This document shows, piece after piece, positions 38,255 to 48,356 of a DNA stretch of 64,000 bases; the stretch's first letter is position 1, and the number at the start of each line of letters is the position of its first letter. Source of the stretch: Candidatus Glassbacteria bacterium (GTDB lineage: Bacteria; Gemmatimonadota; Glassbacteria; GWA2-58-10); contig VRUH01000004.1 of the NCBI GenBank assembly GCA_019456185.1, positions 11,131 to 75,130 on the forward strand, written 5' to 3'. The position numbers and the translations under genes were made by a program. Below the pieces are notes generated by a model. It was not told the DNA's origin and did no database searches. It saw only the letters and a program-made list of their open reading frames with translations.

Positions 38255-39214
38255 CTACCGGGACCACGGTTTCAGGCTGATTCTGAAGAACGAGGAGTTT
38301 TTCAACTTGTAGTCTTCGATCATCGTGTCGTTGCGGTATGTTTCGAACTTGCGGTAGAGAGTTCCTCCGCCCTCGAGCATCAGCTTCCAACCCCTGCCGA
38401 CCTGTGCGGAAAGGAACGGACCGGCGGTGATATTCGAGTAACGCAGCCCGTCGATACCCCCGGCCGCTCCGGTCATGCCGAACGCGCCCAGGCCGTAGCG
38501 GTCGCCATCGACACGCACGGCTCCGCCGATCTCAAGCCCGCGGCCAGTGCGCCAGGTAAGCTCGGTAACTGTGGGCAGGATAATTCTGAGGTGCGGGTTA
38601 GCGCCGAAAGGGCTTTCCAGGTGGACCAGGGGCAGGAGCAAGTTGTCGCCGAACGAGGTGGACCAGCTTGCTCCGAGACCGACTACAAATCCGCCGGACA
38701 GAACCCGGTCCAGGAGCAGACCGGCCTGGACCCGCCAGTGGCCTGAATCGGCGCCGCCCTCGAAATCGCTGTATACTCCGGGGTTGATTTGAATGATTGT
38801 CCGCCATTTAGGGGATGGACGCAGGAGCAGTGCCGCCTGGTATTCTGCTCCGTGGAGCCTGTCCAGCCGGTAGGCCGAGCTGGTGATCGACAGATTTTCG
38901 TACATTACCCGGCGCTGGTGGTAGGCCAGGCCGTGCATGATCGACCACCTTGTACCGCCCTCTCGATCCCTGCCCGGTCTGCGGATGCCGATGGGGGGGA
39001 GGTTCAGTTTTACACGCAGGGTGGTGAGTTCCACTTTGGCGCCGGGGTTGAACTCCGGCCCCGGACCGTCGAGTTCAGCCCCGGCAATGAACTCGTAATT
39101 CAGGCTGAGGGGGGAAAAGCCGCCAATCCTGCGTCCTCCGCGCTGGGCGTACAGTTCGCCGCCGGCCAGGGCAATTAACAGCGCCAGCAGTATTATCCTG
39201 TCACCTGTCCTCAC
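38255..39214 (-). CDS. Secreted hypothetical protein, probable outer-membrane beta-barrel
   Basis: GTG start with GGAGG SD; signal peptide; alternating hydrophobic pattern; C-terminal aromatic. Confidence 0.5.
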   Translation of the reverse strand: MRTGDRIILLALLIALAGGELYAQRGGRRIGGFSPLSLNYEFIAGAELDGPGPEFNPGAKVELTTLRVKLNLPPIGIRRPGRDREGGTRWSIMHGLAYHQRRVMYENLSITSSAYRLDRLHGAEYQAALLLRPSPKWRTIIQINPGVYSDFEGGADSGHWRVQAGLLLDRVLSGGFVVGLGASWSTSFGDNLLLPLVHLESPFGANPHLRIILPTVTELTWRTGRGLEIGGAVRVDGDRYGLGAFGMTGAAGGIDGLRYSNITAGPFLSAQVGRGWKLMLEGGGTLYRKFETYRNDTMIEDYKLKNSSFFRISLKPWSR

Positions 39215-39231
39215 GGTTCAGCCTCCGGCCG

Positions 39232-39740
39232 TTATGTCTGAATCAACCGTTCCAGCATTCCACTGACGATTTCAATCTCTTGCTCGTTAACCTCGTGTCC
39301 CAGGCCGTCGTAGAGGTGCATGTCCACTTCGGCGTTCATCCTCCGCAGAGCCTCGGCTGTTTCCTCTCGACCCTCTTGCAAGGGAATATAGGGGTCGGGG
39401 TCCCCGCAGCCAAGAGAGACGGGAGTACTCTCGAGTGAGCCCGGAGCGGGCCGGATGGGTGGCGGCCAATTCCAGGGCCATGCAGGCGCCCTGGGAAAAA
39501 CCGATCAAAGCCGTGCTTTCAAGTCCGAGGCCCGCGCTGCCGGCCCGGCGCAGCAGCCCCTCGATCGTCCTCATTGAAATGCCTGGCGCCCAGTTTCTCC
39601 AGGTCCGTACGGGCGATCCTTTCCTGAGCGTTTACCGTACCTGTCAGCAGGATAAAAATAGCGGTGCGAAGCAAGAGTTTCTCTCCAATAGGTGCGTTTG
39701 CAACAAAAGGGGCCGCACCTCGTAACGGGATACGGCCCAA
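39232..39740 (-). pseudogene. Disrupted phospholipase/carboxylesterase-family (alpha/beta hydrolase, PF02230-like) gene split over three frames
   Basis: N-terminal fragment with signal peptide (39519-39740); middle fragment with GFSQGA nucleophile motif (39287-39574); C-terminal fragment MHLYDGLGHEVNEQEI (39232-39321), each in a different frame. Confidence 0.45.
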
Positions 39741-39767
39741 TTTAAAGAATAAACTGAAGATACCCGG

Positions 39768-41516
39768 CTACCTGTTTTTCCGGTTATAGTCGATCTGCCG
39801 CTTGATCCCGGCAAGACGCTCCCGCATCGTGGTAATTTTATTTACGTGACGCTGGGTACTCCTAACCATCTTGGGATCATTCGTGGAAATTTCCCGCAAA
39901 TCAGCCATGGCCTTGGCATAATAACTCAAGGCACGGTCGACTCTTGCATGGTTCATTATGCCGAAGCCGATAAGAGCGTCAATATCCGCAACCTCATCGG
40001 AGGCGTAGTCCAGCTCCCTGGCGTATTCCAGGTAGGCTGTGGCTCGAAAATAATGAGCCATTTCGTTCATATATATGTCATTGGTCTCCAGCGCGGCGGT
40101 TAAGGCGGTGACAGCCCGCGGGTAGTCCTTGATTTTCTGGAGGTTGATTACACCGATCTGAAAATTCAAAGCCGCTTTCTGGGCATCCTCCGCGCAATTG
40201 ACCGCCTTTTCGTAATAGTCTATCGCTTCGTCGAATTTTCCGGCCAGATGGGCGTAGATACCCAGGTTATAGCAAGCGCCGGGAAATGCAGAATCCAACT
40301 CCGCGATCCTCCGCAGGGTTTCGATCTCCTTCCCGGTATCGTTGAGTTCGTGCTGCAACGTGGCCAGAAAATTCAATCTTTGACAATGAGATTCTATCCA
40401 GGATGGGTCGGACGGGTTGCCTGCCGAGTTGGATATCTCGCAGCCACGGGTCATGTAATCAAGGGCTTTGCGATCCAGGGGTCCGGATGTGTCCGATTTG
40501 CAGGCCGCTTCGAGTTCACCGGCTTTGTTGTAATAGTAGTCGGCCATCAGATGCCGGACATCGGCGTCTTCGTCCCTGATCCCGATCAATTTTTCATAGA
40601 CCTCGATGGCCTCGTCCTGTCGCTCGAGCCTTGTCAGGCTGGTGGCCCAATAGTGGGTGTACGTGTAGCGCTCCGGATCTATTTCCGCCAGTTTGCTGAA
40701 ATGCCTGAGTGCGCCCTCATAGTCATTGCTGGTGTAATAGTAATGGTTGGCCAGTATTTCGTGGGTTGGCACGTGCGAGGGATCGATATTGGTGAGGATT
40801 TCATTGAACCTGGCGACTGCCTCGGCGTACCGCTTCAGCTTCATTAAGCTCATCGCCACCATAAAGTTGAAAGTGCGATTTTCCGGCTCCATGGCTACCA
40901 GCTTACGATAGTTTTTCAATGCCTTATTCATGTTTTTCCGTGCTGGAAATAGTTTCCATACCTTGTCGTATATTTTATTGTTATAATAGGGGCGGGCAAT
41001 TGACATCGTTATGATCAGCTTTCTGGCGGCGAAGACCACATCGACAAACTCTCCGGCCAGGTTCCAACTCTTCTTCTCGCTTTCCACCGAATACCACTTA
41101 CTCTCTATCGTATAATCATCTTTCGTATAGTGGTCTTTCGGATAAATGTAAGTGACCTGGGCCGAGAATTCCGTTCCCGTGCCACCCGGCTGGCTGATTG
41201 TCGAGCGGGCAAAGATAATCGACTGGAGGTCTTCCATCATCTGCGGCAGGACTGAATCCGGGATGGCTTTGACTCCGGTCATGTTGTGCTCTTGCAGGTA
41301 GTTCTCGTATTCCTTTTGAGTGACGCTCTCGAAATATCGGCATTTATCGAGGACGTCGGTCAGGTCCCATTGGAACTCTTCCTTTACCTTCCGGTCTATT
41401 TCAGTTTCGGACTCTGGGGGCAGCACCAGAATTTTCGGCCAGCCGGCCTGTGCCGGTCTGCTTAGGAGGATGAAAAAAACCAGCATCACCAGGAGACGAC
41501 CCGGGAAGACAGTCAT
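39768..41516 (-). CDS. Secreted tetratricopeptide-repeat (TPR) protein
   Basis: Signal peptide; multiple TPR-like W-LG-Y / A-Y-A-P-NP helical repeats across 582 aa. Confidence 0.7.
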   Translation of the reverse strand: MTVFPGRLLVMLVFFILLSRPAQAGWPKILVLPPESETEIDRKVKEEFQWDLTDVLDKCRYFESVTQKEYENYLQEHNMTGVKAIPDSVLPQMMEDLQSIIFARSTISQPGGTGTEFSAQVTYIYPKDHYTKDDYTIESKWYSVESEKKSWNLAGEFVDVVFAARKLIITMSIARPYYNNKIYDKVWKLFPARKNMNKALKNYRKLVAMEPENRTFNFMVAMSLMKLKRYAEAVARFNEILTNIDPSHVPTHEILANHYYYTSNDYEGALRHFSKLAEIDPERYTYTHYWATSLTRLERQDEAIEVYEKLIGIRDEDADVRHLMADYYYNKAGELEAACKSDTSGPLDRKALDYMTRGCEISNSAGNPSDPSWIESHCQRLNFLATLQHELNDTGKEIETLRRIAELDSAFPGACYNLGIYAHLAGKFDEAIDYYEKAVNCAEDAQKAALNFQIGVINLQKIKDYPRAVTALTAALETNDIYMNEMAHYFRATAYLEYARELDYASDEVADIDALIGFGIMNHARVDRALSYYAKAMADLREISTNDPKMVRSTQRHVNKITTMRERLAGIKRQIDYNRKNR

Positions 41517-41624
41517 GACTAAGCTCCATTCGAACTGAAATCAGGGACTGATCATGGCATCGACCGCAATTAATTGTGGTGACGATGGCGGGCACTACCT
41601 CCCGAACGGCAGTTTGAAAAAACA

Positions 41625-41795
41625 TTATCTAACCTTAGATACCATCCCGGATTGTTGGTTGTTCCAAATCTGAGCGAAATCTTTCGTCCTTTTCAGCTTG
41701 AAGCGAGGGGTTCCTATCGTTTTTACAATATAATATAACACTATCATCGGGACACCATAGAGCACTCGGGCTGCGACACCTGTCAGCACTTTCAT
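41625..41795 (-). CDS. Small membrane protein, 56 aa (MKVLTGVAARVLYGVPMIVLYYIVKTIGTPRFKLKRTKDF...)
   Basis: Strong SD AAAAAGGAGG 5 nt before ATG 41795; one predicted TM helix and a basic tail; lies between the MarR and TPR genes on the same strand. Not in the ORF track (<60 aa). Confidence 0.4.
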   Translation of the reverse strand: MKVLTGVAARVLYGVPMIVLYYIVKTIGTPRFKLKRTKDFAQIWNNQQSGMVSKVR

Positions 41796-41879
41796 CCATT
41801 CCTCCTTTTTGTGGTGAACATTATCACCGTAACTATTCCCGTCTCCTCAGAAGCGGACGGTAAAAAAGGCAACGCCGGA

Positions 41880-42329
41880 TCAACCTCTCAACTTATCGAG
41901 CAGCTCGTTGAGCCTGGCCGCCTGATGGCTGCTGACAGGATGGAATTTTTCGATCCGTTCACCGGCGGAACGGTCGAGTTCATTAAGCAGCTCAAGACCC
42001 TTGTCCGTGATGAGGATATCCACTGCGCGACGGTCCCGCTGGCACTCGCTGCGACAGACAAGGTCTTTCTGTCTTAATTTTTCAACCAGCCGGCTGGCAT
42101 TGGATTCCCTGTCAAGCATCCGTTCCCGGAGGTCGTTGACCGAGGCAGGTCCGGGGTACCTGCCTCGCAGGATCCTAAGAACGTTATACTGCTGGGAAGA
42201 AACTCCGAATTTCTTCAGCCGCCGGTCATTCGACGAATTCAGCCAATTGCCGGTGAACAGCAGATTTGCGATCAGTTTCTCATGCTCGCTGCCGAAACTC
42301 TTCTGCTTGATTTCCTGCTCGATCTTCAA
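41880..42329 (-). CDS. MarR-family transcriptional regulator
   Basis: Winged-helix block QYNVLRILRGRYPGPASVNDLRERMLDRESNASRLVEKLRQKDLVCRSECQRDRRAV. Confidence 0.8.
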   Translation of the reverse strand: MKIEQEIKQKSFGSEHEKLIANLLFTGNWLNSSNDRRLKKFGVSSQQYNVLRILRGRYPGPASVNDLRERMLDRESNASRLVEKLRQKDLVCRSECQRDRRAVDILITDKGLELLNELDRSAGERIEKFHPVSSHQAARLNELLDKLRG

Positions 42330-42516
42330 TTGATTTTCTCCTCGAGGTTAAGTTGTCAATACCTGAAGTCAATTGTCACCAAATCCCTTGAAAATAGTTC
42401 TTTAACTCAGGTAAAAAATGTGATAGGATGGATATCGACTACACTTTTCGTGGTTTCCCGAAAATACTGTTTGGATGATAATCCGCTGATTCAGAAATTG
42501 AGTTTGGAGGCGACAG

Positions 42517-43433
42517 TGACTGACAGCAATGACATGGGTAAAATCGGGCGCAGGGGGTTTATCAGCACCGTACCGGGGATGGCTGCCGCGATTGCCGCCG
42601 TGCCGGGCGTGATGCAGGCTGCAGGAGAGAAGCCGGGCGGCTTGAAGGCGGGCGATGTGCGGAAGTATCTGATGGGCCTGGACGGCGGGTGGGTAAGGAA
42701 AGACAATACCGTGGATACGTTCAAATCCGGGAAAGCAATAAACGAGGTGACTGGGATTGCGGTGGGCTGGATGTCTTACACGTGGGCGCTGAAACGGGCA
42801 CTCGAACAGGGCTGTAACATGTTTGTCACCCATGAGCCTACATATTATAACCACCGTGACAACGATGAGGAGATTTTCCGTTTCAAGAAAGTTGAACAAA
42901 AGCGCGAGTTTATCGAAAGCAGCGGCCTGACGATCCTGCGCTGTCACGACCTGTGGGACCAGTTTCCCGATGAGGGGATCCCGAACTCGTGGGGCAGGGT
43001 CCTTGATCTGGGCGATCCGGTCGACGGGGGCGGATATTATTACGTGTATGACGGCGAAGGCCGTAAAGCCGTACATGTCGCCCGGAGAGTGGCTCGAAAA
43101 GTAACCTCGATGGGCCAGCCCGGCGTGCAGTTTATCGGTGACGGGGACCGGACAGTGAACCGGATTGTGATCGGCTGCGGAGCCATTACGCCGATGTTCG
43201 ACTTTATCGAGGAATTTAACGCAGATATGGCTATTTGTTCCGACGACGGGTTCACCTACTGGCGCGACGGCGCATTTGCAGTTGATACCGGGTTTCCCGT
43301 GGTGATTGTCAACCATCCGGTGACCGAGGAGCACGGGATGAAACTGCTGGCGGCCAGGCTGAAAGGAGCTTTCCCCCAAGTGCCGGTACATCATATCCCA
43401 CAGAACTGCATGTACAAAGTGTTTACTGCATGA
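42517..43433 (+). CDS. Tat-signal protein, Nif3/DUF34-like dinuclear-metal fold (tentative)
   Basis: GTG 42517 follows GGAGG by 6 nt. RR motif MGKIGRRGFISTVPGMAAAIAAVPGVMQA. CNMFVTHEP and VVIVNHPVTEE resemble Nif3 His-rich motifs. The track's longer ORF starts inside the MarR gene on the opposite strand. Confidence 0.45.
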
Positions 43434-43602
43434 CCGGCTACAGGGTCGAAACGGATGCGGGCCGGCACGTTCATTGCGGATCGCCTGGCTACGGGGAGTT
43501 GCCCGGAAGGTTGGTGCGGGCAATGAACGTGCCGGCCCGCACCGCAGCTCGCAAAATTCACACGTCAATATCAAGATTACTGCCAGGATTTCGATGTGCA
43601 TA

Positions 43603-43639
43603 AACGCAAACAGCCCTGTCGATCAGGGCTGTTTGCGTT
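43603..43639. terminator. Bidirectional terminator hairpin between convergent genes (16-bp perfect stem AACGCAAACAGCCCTG / 5-nt loop)
   Basis: Perfect inverted repeat located between the ends of genes 42517-43433 (+) and 43662-45449 (-). Confidence 0.6.
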
Positions 43640-43661
43640 AGATCCGCAGGCGGAACTGATT

Positions 43662-45449
43662 CTATTCCATCACTGGCAGGATAATCAGGCTGGCCATCCC
43701 ATCGCCGTGGTATACCTGCTGCTCGGCGACAACCATCTTTGTCTTGTCCGCGATTCCAGCGCCTGGTGTATTCAGGTTACGGGCGAACCTGGGAAAATTG
43801 CTGCTTGAAATTTCCACCCGGATTCTGTGGCCGGGCAGGAATGTTATCGCGGTCGGCCGCAGGCTGATTGTAAGATCGTACCGTTGGCCGGGAGTAAGTT
43901 CGTTCCAGCTGTCGAGTCCCTCGCGTTGGGGAGCGCGGATGATCCCGCCGGTTATGTTGATCGCGCGGCCGTCGGGATGGACATCCACCAGCTTGGCGGT
44001 GAAATCGGTATTGACTGCGCTGGATGATGCCCAGAGTTTGACTTTCACCGGACCGATTACGGTGATGGACTGGCCGAGCTTGTCGCTCGAATACACCAGG
44101 ACGTCGTCGCGTCGCTCCACGGGCCGCTGATCATATGGGCCCTGTGTGACAATCGACTCGCGGCAGCAGTCGTTACCGCCGAGAGTCGGTACTGGATTGG
44201 AGGGATCGTAGCTGAATTTGTCGACGGTTTCTCCCGCTGATGGCGGTGTCATATCCAGGGTCCCGTCGCCCAGCAGGCTGTTTGCCCCCTTGACGGAGTG
44301 GAAATAGTAACTGATCTGCTTTGCGCCCTCGGGGGGCCATGACCCGTAATCGCGCCACTTGTTCTCGCCCATCACGAACAACCTCACCGGCGGTTTGTCC
44401 ATCAACCCGTTGTCTTTACCTTTGAGCCAGTAATTGAACCAGTCCAGTTGGAGTTGACGGCTGTCGAGCGCCGCCTTCGGTCCGAAATCGAGTTGCCCTG
44501 ATTCGGGATGGCCGAAACTGCCATGGAACCACGGGCCGATAACCAGACGCGACCCCTCCCGTGCCTGAGACGATCCTCCTATGGATATCATTCCGGCGAA
44601 ATTCTCCAGCGTCCCTTCAAGGAACACGTCGTACCACCCGCCCATGTTGAATGCCGGCGCTTTGATATCCTCGTATCTGCGTGATACGCTAAGGTTTTTC
44701 CAGTAGTCGTCGTAGGTGGGATGAGCCAGCCACTCATTGTACCAGGGCACCTCTCGCCCCAGCATGGCCGGGATTTCGCTCAGCGGGAGCACACGGAACA
44801 ACTGGTCCCAGTCCAACGGCTCGGCGCCCATGTCCTGCCCCACGCGCGCGGAGATACTCAGCGCACCCCACATGGTGTTGAAACTGAGCGCGAACACTCC
44901 GCCGCTGTAAATCCAGTGGCGGTAAAAATCGCTGGCGGCCACAACCGGCAGCATGCACATCAGGCTTTCGTGAGCCTGTGAGGCCGGCAGCCACTGGGTC
45001 GCCCCCACGTAGCTGCCGCCGAACGTCCCAAGCTTGCCGTTCGACCAGCTCTGGGCGGCGCACCAGGCCTGAGTGTCGTAACCATCGGTCGCCTCGTTGA
45101 CAAACGGGTCGAACTCTCCGTAGCTGTCGTACTTGCCGCGCACGTCCTGCAGCACCACTGCGTAGCCCCTCTCGGCTAACCGATAGCCCGTACCGGGATC
45201 GAAATTATTGTACGGCGTGCGCATCAACAGCACTGGCCACTTTCCTGCGGAGTCCGGGTGGTAGATATCGGTCGAGAGCAATGTCCCGTCGCGCATCGGC
45301 ACCTTGACGTTGAATTCGGCTTTGACATCATAAAGATTTTCCTGTGCTCGCGCCGGAGGAGCGGCTGACAGGAGGAGGCAGGTAATTACGGTCAACAGCC
45401 TGCCAGTCAGCCAGTCTGTCGGTATGCGGCCATGTCCTGCGAGTTTCAT
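43662..45449 (-). CDS. CocE/NonD-family hydrolase (S15 X-Pro dipeptidyl-peptidase-like), secreted
   Basis: LLMRTPYN, GYAVVLQDVRG, FGGSYVGATQW (GxSxG) and the C-terminal beta-sandwich domain are typical of CocE/NonD. Confidence 0.8.
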   Translation of the reverse strand: MKLAGHGRIPTDWLTGRLLTVITCLLLSAAPPARAQENLYDVKAEFNVKVPMRDGTLLSTDIYHPDSAGKWPVLLMRTPYNNFDPGTGYRLAERGYAVVLQDVRGKYDSYGEFDPFVNEATDGYDTQAWCAAQSWSNGKLGTFGGSYVGATQWLPASQAHESLMCMLPVVAASDFYRHWIYSGGVFALSFNTMWGALSISARVGQDMGAEPLDWDQLFRVLPLSEIPAMLGREVPWYNEWLAHPTYDDYWKNLSVSRRYEDIKAPAFNMGGWYDVFLEGTLENFAGMISIGGSSQAREGSRLVIGPWFHGSFGHPESGQLDFGPKAALDSRQLQLDWFNYWLKGKDNGLMDKPPVRLFVMGENKWRDYGSWPPEGAKQISYYFHSVKGANSLLGDGTLDMTPPSAGETVDKFSYDPSNPVPTLGGNDCCRESIVTQGPYDQRPVERRDDVLVYSSDKLGQSITVIGPVKVKLWASSSAVNTDFTAKLVDVHPDGRAINITGGIIRAPQREGLDSWNELTPGQRYDLTISLRPTAITFLPGHRIRVEISSSNFPRFARNLNTPGAGIADKTKMVVAEQQVYHGDGMASLIILPVME

Positions 45450-45500
45450 CCGGTTTCCTTGCGCGCGGTTGTTTGAGGTGAGGCTGGTCAGTTCATTCCA

Positions 45501-46736
45501 TCATCTGATCGTAAATTGTGCAGACGGTGGTTCGGACCATGAGCGGTAGGCGGCGGCGACTTTGCCGGTGTCGGCATCTCCGGAATGGACCCACACCCGG
45601 TAACGGGCTCTCAGCGGCTTGCCCGCTACCAGCCAGTACGGCTCGATTCCCGGCCAGGCGATTCCGCTGAACCCGTAGTGGCGAAGGCACCAGCCGTTGG
45701 GGAAGTCGATATTATCTTCGTGGTCGAAAATTGCCGCGCCCGAATACTCATCGCTTCCGCCGAAACGCGCCGAAAAGTCGGCCCAGGCGAATGGAACACG
45801 GTTACTGTCGTCGCTCTGTACTCCACCGCTGGTGGTAATAACCGGCTCCTCGAACGGCGCAAACCGGAGGCTGAATCCACCGTAACCCTTGATATCCGCC
45901 GACCCCTGGATCCCCACCGGGTCTTCTGTCGCCTCCCAGCTCAGCTCGAAATCCATGATCCGGCCAAGCTCCGAGCCGCGATAGACCGTAACCCACACCC
46001 GCTCGTCCACGATCCGCCGGCCGCTGTCGGTATACCATCCGTTCCGGGCTCCCAGCCTGGCGAATACTGGTCCGGTTTCGCGCACCAGCCAGTCGTCGAA
46101 CTGCTGCTTTACGCCCCTGATATCCCACAGGCTGAGAGTGTCTTCTCCCACGAACACCTGAGGCCAGGTCCAGAAGATACCCCGGTGATGGTAATGGTCC
46201 TCGGGGAAATCGTCGCTGATTATCCGTCCTGCCGGAGTCCGGACCGGATGGAAATAACTGGCGCGGCGCCTGTCCTCGGGGACTCCGTCGGCCAGGTGCA
46301 TGCCGTAAACATAGCCGATTGCCGGAGAGCCGTTTTCGGTAACGAGCAATCTTTCTGCCGATACGGAATCGAATTCGAACGGGCTTTCTGCGAGCTCACG
46401 TCGGCGGACCGTGAACGTCTGCCGCATTTCAGAGTCACTTTCCGGCGGCCGCCAGAGGAATACCAGTTGACCTGTGCCGGTGAACTGGACAGGAACGGCT
46501 GTGGCTGGAGCTCCTCCTGCCGTGATAACTTCCCAATCTTGCCCCCCGGGGTCGAAACCCGGCGGAATCTCGGCCATGATCGGCACATGTACCGCGGAAG
46601 AGGTTCGCGGCGGATAGGTTGCAACCAGCCGGTACAGGTCACTGCCCGGTCCTTTTTTCCCGCCGCAGCCGGGAAGCAGCAGAAAGCCGCAGATCAAGGT
46701 GGTCCAAGCCACCGGGATTGCCAATCTGGTCGTCAC
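45501..46736 (-). CDS. PmoA-like (DUF6807) lipoprotein, partner of Gfo/Idh/MocA oxidoreductase
   Basis: Lipobox LLPGC; DHYHHRGIFWTWP block. Start lies 4 nt after the stop of the upstream Tat-Gfo/Idh/MocA gene. Confidence 0.5.
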   Translation of the reverse strand: MTTRLAIPVAWTTLICGFLLLPGCGGKKGPGSDLYRLVATYPPRTSSAVHVPIMAEIPPGFDPGGQDWEVITAGGAPATAVPVQFTGTGQLVFLWRPPESDSEMRQTFTVRRRELAESPFEFDSVSAERLLVTENGSPAIGYVYGMHLADGVPEDRRRASYFHPVRTPAGRIISDDFPEDHYHHRGIFWTWPQVFVGEDTLSLWDIRGVKQQFDDWLVRETGPVFARLGARNGWYTDSGRRIVDERVWVTVYRGSELGRIMDFELSWEATEDPVGIQGSADIKGYGGFSLRFAPFEEPVITTSGGVQSDDSNRVPFAWADFSARFGGSDEYSGAAIFDHEDNIDFPNGWCLRHYGFSGIAWPGIEPYWLVAGKPLRARYRVWVHSGDADTGKVAAAYRSWSEPPSAQFTIR

Positions 46737-46739
46737 CGG

Positions 46740-48056
46740 TCAGCCCTCCCTGATTTCGCGGGCCACCGGGTCATAGCTTACCCTCCTGCCGATATCGGCG
46801 GCACGGTGGGCCATGATCGCGGCCAGGGAATGGCTGAATCCGTGCTCCACGGTGGCGTTGGGGTCCTTGCGGGTCCGAAGGCACTGGACCCAGTTGAGCA
46901 TGTGGTCCATGCCCGCCGGGTCTGGTTGGACTTCGATCCCAGCACCCTGCCCTTGCCCTTCGTGCATGGCGAACGCGCTGGTGGGGTACTGGCGGTTTCC
47001 TGGTTCCAGACGCTCCGGCAGCACCCGGCCCTCGCCGGTAATTTTCCAGGTCTTGGTGTCCAGCACTCCGGCGGTGCCGTAGAACATCGCCTCGGCTCTC
47101 ATCGAGCTGTTGCCGAACCTGGTTTCGTAATGAACCAGGAAACCGCCGGGGTATTTGAATGAGGCGTGAATGGTGTCGTAGTGCTCGCGGTTGGGCCAGG
47201 TCAAGGTGGCCCCGGTGGCGGTGACGCTTTCCGGCCACTGCTCGTCCATGTACCAGTGGAGCAGGTCCGTATGGTGAGCGCCCAGCAATCCAACCACACC
47301 AATCGAGTAATCGCCGTAGAGGTGCCAGCAGCGAAACCGGCGGGCATCGAACGCCCGGGCGGGCAGGTGCATCTGATATCCCTCCCAGTCGATATCGCCT
47401 GCATGGACATTGCCGTACTGCCGCTCCCAGCGCGGCCCCGCGTCGTTCCACTTGAGTTCCACCACACAGACCTTGCCCAGTTTGCCTGCCTGGACAAGCT
47501 GCGCCCCGCCCATGTAGATCGGGTCGCTGCGGCGCTGGGTGCCGATCTGCACTACCCGGCCGTTGGTACGCACCGCGGCCACCGCCTCGCTGGCCTCCCC
47601 GACAGTCATCGCCATCGGTTTCTCGCAGAACGCATCCTTGCCGGCGCGGCAGGCCGCGGCCAGGATCGTGCTGTGACCGAGGTCCGAGGTGGTGACCATC
47701 ACCGCATCCACCTCCGGGCTTTCCAGCATGTCCGTGTACCGTTTGAATACTTTTGGTTTTGCGCCGAACTGTTCGGTTATCTGCCCAATCCTCGCCTCCC
47801 GGTTGATCTTCCAGACATCGCAGACCGCGGAGACGGTGAAATTTTCCTCATTGTGAAACCCGGCCATCGATTCCAGCAGGTAAGCCGCCCGGTTGCCGCA
47901 GCCGATCACGCCGATATTGATCCGGTCGTTGGCGCCGGGAACGCGGGCACGGGAGACGGCGCTATCGCTCAGCAGCGCCCCGGCGACTGAGGCGGCGGAG
48001 GCGGAAATGAACCGTCGGCGGCCCATGGGGTTGATTTGGCGGTTATTTGCAGGCAT
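46740..48056 (-). CDS. Tat-exported Gfo/Idh/MocA-family oxidoreductase
   Basis: Twin-arginine signal MGRRRFISASAASVAGALL; Rossmann INIGVIGCGNRAAYLL. Confidence 0.8.
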   Translation of the reverse strand: MPANNRQINPMGRRRFISASAASVAGALLSDSAVSRARVPGANDRINIGVIGCGNRAAYLLESMAGFHNEENFTVSAVCDVWKINREARIGQITEQFGAKPKVFKRYTDMLESPEVDAVMVTTSDLGHSTILAAACRAGKDAFCEKPMAMTVGEASEAVAAVRTNGRVVQIGTQRRSDPIYMGGAQLVQAGKLGKVCVVELKWNDAGPRWERQYGNVHAGDIDWEGYQMHLPARAFDARRFRCWHLYGDYSIGVVGLLGAHHTDLLHWYMDEQWPESVTATGATLTWPNREHYDTIHASFKYPGGFLVHYETRFGNSSMRAEAMFYGTAGVLDTKTWKITGEGRVLPERLEPGNRQYPTSAFAMHEGQGQGAGIEVQPDPAGMDHMLNWVQCLRTRKDPNATVEHGFSHSLAAIMAHRAADIGRRVSYDPVAREIREG

Positions 48057-48356
48057 GGCTTACCTCCCGGCGAGGATAAAAGAAATGGATGGCTATGCTT
48101 TGTCCTTGCGGTCTGTCTGCGGGTGATTATAACACCCGGCGGGAATGGCGGTCAATCGTTTCAGAGGGAAGTCGTCTCAGCCGTTGCCGTTGCTTTTGCG
48201 GATCTCGATAGCCATGCGCTACCGGTCCATCAGCCATGCAATACTTGTCCAGCCGCTTTCAATGGTTAAATTATGGAGCGAACTGTATTTCTGTTCCATG
48301 AGCCTGTGCGAAGCAGCAGCTTAACCGCAACCGCCGCCTGCCGGCAGGAGGAACAC

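Noticed and set aside
42282-42516. 5' extension of the Nif3-like gene back to 42282
   Set aside because: The extension overlaps the MarR gene on the opposite strand and precedes the Tat RR motif by 80 residues. GTG 42517 with a GGAGG SD gives a canonical Tat signal.
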